Shown one piece after another: positions 37,965-43,887 of a stretch of 64,000 nucleotides of DNA. Source of the stretch: Bacteroides fragilis (GTDB taxonomy: Bacteria > Pseudomonadota > Alphaproteobacteria > Rs-D84); assembly GCA_963630775.1 (NCBI GenBank), contig CAVGNU010000003.1:19190-83189 (forward strand), written 5' to 3'. The notes under the pieces are model-generated. The model was given only the letters and a program-made list of their open reading frames with translations. It made no database searches and had not been told where the DNA came from. Numbering within the stretch: position 1 is the first letter of the stretch; every line of letters begins with the position of its first letter. The translations under genes were made by a program, and so were the position numbers.

Positions 37965-38102
37965 ATGCCACTGAACAACAGACGCAGTCACGCAACACGT
38001 AACAAAATTATAATTTGGTCACTGGTAATTATTCTGGTGGTGCTGATGATTGTATCATTTCCCGCCCCACAAAATATGACCGAAGTTGTATTGTATCCAT
38101 GA
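37965..38102 (+). CDS. Candidate 45-aa single-pass membrane protein translationally coupled to xerD
   Basis: Below the ORF-track size cut-off. My translation is MPLNNRRSHATRNKIIIWSLVIILVVLMIVSFPAPQNMTEVVLYP. GGGGAAA lies 5-7 nt upstream of the ATG. Its TGA overlaps the xerD ATG (ATGA at 38099-38102). Confidence 0.45.
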   Translation: MPLNNRRSHATRNKIIIWSLVIILVVLMIVSFPAPQNMTEVVLYP

Positions 38103-38971
38103 ACTATATAGATGTGTTTTTAGAGGCCCTGTCCGCCGAAAAAGGTCGCAGTGCCAAAACACTGGACAGTTATGGCGCGGATTTGCGCGCGGCCGATGCG
38201 GCGTTACCAAATGGCCTGATGTCGGCCACGGCGGACGACGTCCAGAATTATCTGGCGTCCCTGCCCGACAAGGCATCGTCCATCGCACGCCACGCCAGCG
38301 CACTGCGTGGGTTCTATAAATTTTTAATGCTGGAAAAAATCATCACAGAAAACCCAACGGCAAATCTGGAATTACCAAAACGATCGCGCGCCCTGCCCAA
38401 ATTTTTGACGGTGGACGAAATAGAATTATTGATTTCATCAGCGGGCGATGTAAAAAATTCGGTGCGCCTGCGCGCGATGATTGAATTGGTTTACGCGTCG
38501 GGATTGCGCGTGTCGGAATTATGCGAATTACCCATAACCGCAATTCTGGGCGATAAATTATTGATTCACGGCAAGGGGGCCAAGGAACGCATTGTTCCCA
38601 TGCACGCGGGCGCGGTCGCGGCATTGAATAAATGGCTGGCAATGCGTGACGACGAAAAATCAAAATATGTTTTTCCGTCTGGTGGCGCGTCCGGCCACAT
38701 CACCCGCGATGGATTTTTCAAGATACTTAAAAAGTGCGCTGTTTTGTCCGGCATTGACCCGCACCGCGTGTCGCCACACGTGCTGCGCCATTCGTTTGCA
38801 TCGCACCTGTTGGCGGGGGGTGCGAACCTGCGCGCGATACAAACCATGCTGGGACACGAGGATATTTCCACAACGCAAATTTATACCCATGTGATGCCAG
38901 AACAGTTACGCGAAACGGTTGTGGCGCATCACCCACTGGGACATGCAAAATCAATGGACGATATAAAATGA
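38099..38971 (+). CDS. xerD: Tyrosine recombinase XerD
   Basis: I prefer the Met at 38099 (MNYIDVFLEALSAEKGRSAKTLDSYGADL). C-terminal catalytic motifs HVLRHSFASHLL and LGHEDISTTQIYTHV. Confidence 0.85.
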   Translation: MNYIDVFLEALSAEKGRSAKTLDSYGADLRAADAALPNGLMSATADDVQNYLASLPDKASSIARHASALRGFYKFLMLEKIITENPTANLELPKRSRALPKFLTVDEIELLISSAGDVKNSVRLRAMIELVYASGLRVSELCELPITAILGDKLLIHGKGAKERIVPMHAGAVAALNKWLAMRDDEKSKYVFPSGGASGHITRDGFFKILKKCAVLSGIDPHRVSPHVLRHSFASHLLAGGANLRAIQTMLGHEDISTTQIYTHVMPEQLRETVVAHHPLGHAKSMDDIK

Positions 38972-39465
38972 TACGTAAATGTGATCATACGGGCTGTACC
39001 AAGGCCGGCACATGTCGCGCGCCAAAATCGCGCGACCTGCGTGATTATTGGTGGTTTTGTCAGGAACATGCAGCGGAATATAACAAGAATTGGAATTTCT
39101 ATGCCGACATGACGCCCGATGAAATAGAAGCAGATTGGGAACGCCAAACATTTGGCGCGCCCCTGAAAGACAAAGACACCGCCAACAAGGACGAAGCGGA
39201 CTATGTAAAATTCCTGAATGATTTTATCATGGGTCGCAGTGCATTTGACCATGTTGCGCCCAAACCGCGCCCGAACACCACCATCAGCAATGCGTTAAAG
39301 ACCCTGAACCTGCCCCCAACGGCAACGATGCGCGAAATTGGGGCAAGGTACCGCGCGCTCGCAAAAAAATACCACCCCGATACGGGTGGCACGGCAAACG
39401 CCACAGAATTTACCAAGGTAAATAATGCATACCAAACACTGAAAAAGCATTTTGACAAGAAATAA
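38968..39465 (+). CDS. J-domain (DnaJ-like) protein with Cys-containing N-terminal region
   Basis: C-terminal J domain with YRALAKKYHPDTGG (HPD motif). N-terminal CDHTGCTKAGTCRAP...WWFCQEHAAEYNKNWNFY is typical of a conserved alphaproteobacterial J-protein. Confidence 0.8.
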   Translation: MIRKCDHTGCTKAGTCRAPKSRDLRDYWWFCQEHAAEYNKNWNFYADMTPDEIEADWERQTFGAPLKDKDTANKDEADYVKFLNDFIMGRSAFDHVAPKPRPNTTISNALKTLNLPPTATMREIGARYRALAKKYHPDTGGTANATEFTKVNNAYQTLKKHFDKK

Positions 39466-39467
39466 CA

Positions 39468-39500
39468 GAACAGCGCGCCAATGGCGCGCCGATTCTTTAT
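39468..39500. terminator. Hairpin terminator between convergent J-domain gene and the Cys-rich operon
   Basis: GCGCGCC-AAT-GGCGCGC followed by CGATTCTTTATTTT. Confidence 0.6.
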
Positions 39501-39787
39501 TTTGAATAACAACATTTACTCTGTATCACTTGTACACCTGAACCGGTGGTGTCTTGGTAATCAAATTCCGTTCCTGCGGCAAAACAACACGATGTTATGT
39601 CGCCGGTATTTTTATCTGGCGTTGTTGGATACACACCCCCAGACGACGGACACTGGTAACAATTTGAACCACTCAGATAGTATCCTGCCTCGCACGAATA
39701 AGATGTTGTTGTCGTGCATGCCGCATGCGCAACATTCACAATAAATATAACAAATAATGCAGTAATAATTTTTTTCATATTTCTCAC
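39497..39787 (-). CDS. Secreted cysteine-rich protein (family member 3)
   Basis: 96 aa with signal peptide MRNMKKIITALFVIFIVNVAHA. The mature part, CEAGYYLSGSNCYQCPSSGGVYPTTPDKNTGDITSCCFAAGTEFDYQDTTGSGVQVIQSKCCYSK, aligns with the C-terminal module of the 7873..8397 protein. Confidence 0.65.
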   Translation of the reverse strand: MRNMKKIITALFVIFIVNVAHAACTTTTSYSCEAGYYLSGSNCYQCPSSGGVYPTTPDKNTGDITSCCFAAGTEFDYQDTTGSGVQVIQSKCCYSK

Positions 39788-39793
39788 TCTCGA

Positions 39794-40195
39794 TTACAAT
39801 TGATTACACGCCTCACAAGTACCTACCACTTTCCCGGATGCGACACTGCAACATGTACTACACGTGTTCGCATCACACAACCTGGCACAGTACCAATGTT
39901 CCTCGTCTGTGGTGCTGCACGAACCATACATTGCTGTTACATATCTGTGATTGGTGGTATCGTGGGTTGTGCCGGACGTACGTGTGCACGTACCGGAGTT
40001 ATTCGTCCACCCTGATGGACAACTGGCCTCTACCACAGAATAACACGCCCCCAACGAACAGTTTTGTGCGCAAAGAGACAATGATGCATAATACGGATCG
40101 AGCAGCGAAAAATCAGGATTTAATTTTGACGCATCTACCGCAAATGCGCACGGCATCATGACCAGTATCAGCGGAATTGCAAACAGTTTCTTCAT
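39794..40195 (-). CDS. Secreted cysteine-rich protein (family member 2)
   Basis: I prefer the Met at 40195 (MKKLFAIPLILVMMPCAFA signal peptide), preceded by AAGGGGG. 133 aa, about 10% Cys, with CxxC/CC pairs (CSTCC, CEAC). It lies 6 nt upstream of the next Cys-rich gene. Confidence 0.65.
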   Translation of the reverse strand: MKKLFAIPLILVMMPCAFAVDASKLNPDFSLLDPYYASLSLCAQNCSLGACYSVVEASCPSGWTNNSGTCTRTSGTTHDTTNHRYVTAMYGSCSTTDEEHWYCARLCDANTCSTCCSVASGKVVGTCEACNQL

Positions 40196-40330
40196 TTCAC
40201 ACCCCCTTATGTGTTTTGCAAACAAAAAACCACCGAAATAATTCAGGTGGTTGGAGGTTCGAAACAATTATCAAGAATTGTGGGCCTATTCAATATATTC
40301 AGCCACCCTCCAACCGCATGGTTGGGGGTG
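40196..40330 (-). promoter_or_regulatory. Conserved leader module L2 (alternative-pairing element plus hairpin/U-tract before the RBS)
   Basis: Minus strand: CCCCCAACC (40328-40320) atgc GGTTGGAGG (40315-40307), 49 nt, CCTCCAACC (40257-40249) overlapping AACCACC-loop-GGTGGTT (40252-40228), then TTTTTT, AAGGGGG and ATG. Near-identical to 60552-60690. Confidence 0.55.
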
Positions 40331-40338
40331 ACGGCATT

Positions 40339-40378
40339 GAAAAAACGAAACATCGCAAGGATATAAATCCATGCGATG
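40339..40378 (-). terminator. Intrinsic-terminator-like hairpin about 10 nt upstream of leader module L2
   Basis: Minus strand reads CATCGCATGGA-TTTATA-TCCTTGCGATG-TTTCGTTTTTTC. Confidence 0.5.
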
Positions 40379-40529
40379 CCGAAATCTCTACCGTCTGCAT
40401 TTTATGACGCGTAATGCGTTCATCTTGATAAAGGGTTTCGACACCCCGCCAATGGAACACCCATCGGCAATGGAATAATAAAATAAAAAAACACTATACA
40501 CAAGAGAAAAAAATATTTTGACCAAATTT

Positions 40530-40579
40530 GAATAAATTTAGAATGGCGGTAGATATGCGTGAGGCGGGTTGCGTAGTGT
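40530..40579. repeat. Half copy (left arm only) of a palindromic repeat, type B
   Basis: GAATAAATTTAGAATGGCGGTAGATATGCGTGAGGCGGGTTGCGTAGTGT matches 40705-40753 apart from one extra T. Confidence 0.8.
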
Positions 40580-40597
40580 CAGCGTGTCAGCCGACCG

Positions 40598-40706
40598 CGA
40601 ATAAATTATAATGGTGCAGATGACACGTGGGGCGAAGGCGAAGTGTACAACTAGTTACATGAGCCGCCGCCCCGCGCGCCAGATGTGCCATTATAACTTT
40701 ATTCGA
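40598..40706. repeat. Imperfect palindromic repeat element, copy A
   Basis: Termini are CGAATAAATTATAATGG...CCATTATAACTTTATTCG. Arms GGTGCAGATGACACGTGGGGCGAAGGCG and CCGCCGCCCCGCGCGCCAGATGTGCC flank the apex AAGTGTACAACTAGTTACATGAG. Confidence 0.75.
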
Positions 40707-40815
40707 ATAAATTAGAATGGCGGTAGATATGCGTGAGGCGGGTTGCGTAGTGTACAATCAGTTACATGAGCAACCCGCGTCGCACATAGATACCCCATTA
40801 TAATTTATTTAGGTA
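40704..40815. repeat. Imperfect palindromic repeat element, copy B (right end overlaps the trxB stop and last codons)
   Basis: Arms GAATGGCGGTAGATATGCGTGAGGCGGGTTGC and GCAACCCGCGTCGCACATAGATACCCCATTAT flank the apex GTAGTGTACAATCAGTTACATGAG. The terminal CCATTATAATTTATTT contains the trxB TAA (40800-40798). Confidence 0.75.
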
Positions 40816-41703
40816 TGCGATGGCGTCCATGGCCGCCGTACACCCCGTCCCGACGGCGGTTGCAATCTGCATTTTTATATCGGATTCAACATCGCCGGCA
40901 ACAAACATACCGGTGGGTAATGCAGATGGTGCAATGCGCCCCATATTGTCACGGGCGACATCTTCGGTCAGGTAATCTGTATTGGCCTCGTGCCCGATGG
41001 CGACAAAAATGCCGTCAACGGTAATGACATCACCAGTGGTGGTGGTTGCCGCCAAGCGGTCATCGGCGGTCTGTTCGATTTTGACCAAATCAGTATTGAA
41101 CAGGCATTCAATATTTTCACGTTCGGCAACGCGGCTGCGCACGATTGCCTCGGCACGGGTAAATGCCCCCTTGCGATATACGATTTTTACGGTCTTGGCA
41201 ATATCAGACAGATACAATGCATCGTTCAACGCACTGTTACCACCGCCGATAACAATGACCTCTTTATCATAATAGAAAAATCCATCACATGTGGCGCAAT
41301 ATGATACGCCATGGCCAAACAGTTCACGTGCACCCGCGATTTCCAATTTGCGTGGTGATGCGCCGGTGGCAATGATGACAGATTTACCAACGTATTTTTG
41401 ACCATTGTCACACGCAACATTAAACGCGCCAATCGCATCACCTGAAATACTTTTGGCAGATGTGAATACAACCTCTGCCCCGAATGATGTTGCCTGATTT
41501 TTCATAAATTCCGCCAGTTCTGCGCCATTGCCGGCCCACCCTGGGTAATTTTCCAATTTGGCAATGCCCGCCATTTGACCGCCCAGTGTATCACCACCCA
41601 GAACGATGGTCTTTTTCCCACCGCGCGCGCAATACAGTGCCGCCGTCAGACCCGCCGGCCCTGACCCCAGAATAATCACATCATACATAACAATATCGGT
41701 CAT
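40798..41703 (-). CDS. trxB: Thioredoxin-disulfide reductase
   Basis: I prefer the Met at 41703 (MTDIVMYDVIILGSGPAGLTAALY, FAD GxGxxG). Redox-active CATC in SYCATCDGFFY, plus an NADPH GGGNSA motif. Confidence 0.93.
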   Translation of the reverse strand: MTDIVMYDVIILGSGPAGLTAALYCARGGKKTIVLGGDTLGGQMAGIAKLENYPGWAGNGAELAEFMKNQATSFGAEVVFTSAKSISGDAIGAFNVACDNGQKYVGKSVIIATGASPRKLEIAGARELFGHGVSYCATCDGFFYYDKEVIVIGGGNSALNDALYLSDIAKTVKIVYRKGAFTRAEAIVRSRVAERENIECLFNTDLVKIEQTADDRLAATTTTGDVITVDGIFVAIGHEANTDYLTEDVARDNMGRIAPSALPTGMFVAGDVESDIKMQIATAVGTGCTAAMDAIAYLNKL

Positions 41704-41957
41704 GATACCCTTTCCTTTTTGTACTATTATTTTCGCACAGCATAGCATAACAGCACGGCGCACGCAAATCAAAGATTATATTGATTTTGCCCTGAAATAA
41801 AATTATAATATCCGCGTTATGTCAGATGGTTATGTGTTTTTCAGTCGCATCTCGTCCCCGTTGGGGGAATAATTTTGCATATTTAATTACATAAAATAAT
41901 TGCGATTTACGTCGCACAATCTTATTATTAGCACAGATAAAAAACAAGGATACAGAA

Positions 41958-43235
41958 ATGTTGGACATCAGATTTATTCGCGAAAACCCAGACGTGGTTA
42001 AAAACGCTTGCCGCGTCAAGGGGTTTGACGACCATGTTGATGAATTGTTGGCATTGGACGCACGCGTGCGCGAATTGAAAACAGCGACACAAACAATGAC
42101 GGCTGAAAAGAACAAGGTTACACGTGAAATTCCGACCGCAACCGACAAAGCCCCATTGATTGCACGCAGCAAGGAAATTGCTAACGAAATCGCCGCCGAT
42201 ATGGCAGAATTGGCAGACAAAGAAGCGTTGTTAAATGATTTAATGCACCGCGTACCACAAATACCCGATGCGTCCGCCCCAATCGGCCCAGACGACACTG
42301 CAAACGTAGAGGTTCGTCGTGTCGGCGCACCACGTAAATTTGATTTCACCCCACGTGCCCAGTGGGATTTGTTGGACATGAATGGTTGGTGGTTGCCTGA
42401 AAAAATCGGCAAGATTTGTGGCACGCGCACATACGCATTGGTTGGCGAAGCCACCGAATTGCAACTGGCGATTGAAACATATGTTATTCAGAAATTGATT
42501 GCAAAAGGGTTCACATTTATTGAATGCCCATCTATCACCAAACCACAAACGATTTTCGACGCGGGCCACTTTATGGGCTCTGACCTGTCGGTGATGGACA
42601 ACGACGTGTTTATGCTGGCGGGCACAGACCGTTGTTTGGCGGGCACGGCAGAAATCATTTTGAACTCGCTGCACGGTGGCGAAATTCTGAACGAACGCGA
42701 TTTACCAATTAAATACGCTGGATTTTCACCCTGCTTTCGCAAAGAAGCCGGCGCGGCGGGACGCGACACACGTGGGCTGGCCCGTTTCCACCAGTTTAAC
42801 AAGGTGGAACAGTACATCTATTGCACCCCAGCGCAGTCGAACGAAATGCACGAACACATTTTGAATAATCTGTGCGAGGTTATGGCCGACTTGGAATTAC
42901 CGTATCGCGTAATTGCAAATTCCACCGGCGACATGGGTTTCAACAAGGTTAAAATGAACGATGTCGAGGCATGGGTTCCATCTGAAAACGCATACAAAGA
43001 ATTGGGCAGTTGTTCGTCCATCGGTCAATTCCAAGCGCGCCGCACCAACACCCGTTATCGTGATGCAAACGGTGATGTACAATATGTTGCGACATTAAAT
43101 AACACGGGTATTGCCGTGCCACGTGCACTTGTGCCCGTCTTGGAAAATCACCAGAATGCCGACGGCAGTGTGAATATTCCAAAGAAATTGCAATCCCTGA
43201 TGGGTGGCCGCACCAAGATTGGTGGCAAGCATTAA
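41958..43235 (+). CDS. serS: Serine--tRNA ligase
   Basis: 425 aa with an N-terminal coiled-coil arm and class II motifs (GFSPCFRKEAG, NNTGIAVPRALVPVLENHQ). Confidence 0.95.
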   Translation: MLDIRFIRENPDVVKNACRVKGFDDHVDELLALDARVRELKTATQTMTAEKNKVTREIPTATDKAPLIARSKEIANEIAADMAELADKEALLNDLMHRVPQIPDASAPIGPDDTANVEVRRVGAPRKFDFTPRAQWDLLDMNGWWLPEKIGKICGTRTYALVGEATELQLAIETYVIQKLIAKGFTFIECPSITKPQTIFDAGHFMGSDLSVMDNDVFMLAGTDRCLAGTAEIILNSLHGGEILNERDLPIKYAGFSPCFRKEAGAAGRDTRGLARFHQFNKVEQYIYCTPAQSNEMHEHILNNLCEVMADLELPYRVIANSTGDMGFNKVKMNDVEAWVPSENAYKELGSCSSIGQFQARRTNTRYRDANGDVQYVATLNNTGIAVPRALVPVLENHQNADGSVNIPKKLQSLMGGRTKIGGKH

Positions 43236-43262
43236 AAAACGGGGCAACGCCCCGTTTTTTTC
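43234..43262. terminator. Bidirectional terminator after serS
   Basis: AAAAAA-CGGGGC-AAC-GCCCCG-TTTTTTTT. Confidence 0.85.
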
Positions 43263-43272
43263 TTTATGTAAT

Positions 43273-43746
43273 TTATTTCTGGAATTGTTTTTTTGCAGCA
43301 AAATATTTCGGCGACAAAAATCCAAAATACAAATCTTTGAATTTGTTTTTTGACACTACATAGTTCCATTCTTTTATCGCAACCAGTAAATCGTGCTGTT
43401 CAAAATCAAATTTTTCATTTTTGTAAAAACTGTCCAACACGCGCATTACATGCATATACGCCAAATATATCGTGTTATCCTGTGTGCCATATGGAATAAA
43501 CACATTGGGTGATATAAGCAGATTTTCTTTGACACGTGCGGCATAATCCGCATATTTGCGTGGGTTCGCCGCGATTGCGCGCAACTGGGCAAACGCCCGA
43601 TAGAATTCCTGCGCTTGTTCAGGGAATTTTTTGCCCGTTTTGTGCTGCCAGTGTTCAAAATTCGCTTTCAGTGCATTTTCCACCGATGTGAAAAATTTTG
43701 CCACCGTCGCATCCCAATCAACATACAATAAATCAAATCTGTCCAT
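43273..43746 (-). CDS. Hypothetical protein (predicted all-alpha, no recognisable motif)
   Basis: 157-aa ORF filling the gap between the serS terminator and the typA promoter. No competing ORF and no motif I recognise. Confidence 0.5.
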   Translation of the reverse strand: MDRFDLLYVDWDATVAKFFTSVENALKANFEHWQHKTGKKFPEQAQEFYRAFAQLRAIAANPRKYADYAARVKENLLISPNVFIPYGTQDNTIYLAYMHVMRVLDSFYKNEKFDFEQHDLLVAIKEWNYVVSKNKFKDLYFGFLSPKYFAAKKQFQK

Positions 43747-43823
43747 ATTAAATACCTCTTATTCTACATCTAATATAGACAAAATTATTAAAATGTCAAT
43801 TTTATAAGCATTTTTTATCATAA

Positions 43824-43853
43824 TTTCTTGAATTTTGAAAATTATGGTATAAT
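43824..43853 (+). promoter_or_regulatory. Candidate sigma70-type promoter of typA
   Basis: TGgTATAAT (extended -10, TATAAT at 43848-43853) lies 34 nt upstream of the typA ATG. The -35 is ambiguous: TTGAAT at 43828 is only 14 nt away, and TTTCTT at 43824 is 18 nt away. Confidence 0.35.
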
Positions 43854-43887
43854 CTAGCGTTTACGAAAAAATTTTTAAGGCAGACAG

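Noticed and set aside
40307-40406. Leader-peptide ORFs spanning the attenuator-like segments: 33 codons from the ATG at about 40406 in L2, 37 codons in L3, and the short MRLEGG / MVGGSRYIRISDTIP ORFs starting at segment 2.
   Set aside because: There is no Shine-Dalgarno before them, the reading frame relative to the conserved GGTTGGAGG differs between the two copies, and the peptide sequences are unrelated. There is no evidence for a conserved leader peptide.
40530-40815. Possible CRISPR array, since repeated ~50-nt units occur in an intergenic region.
   Set aside because: There are only 2.5 copies and the units are long self-complementary palindromes of about 100 nt. There are no regular short spacers and no cas genes in the window.
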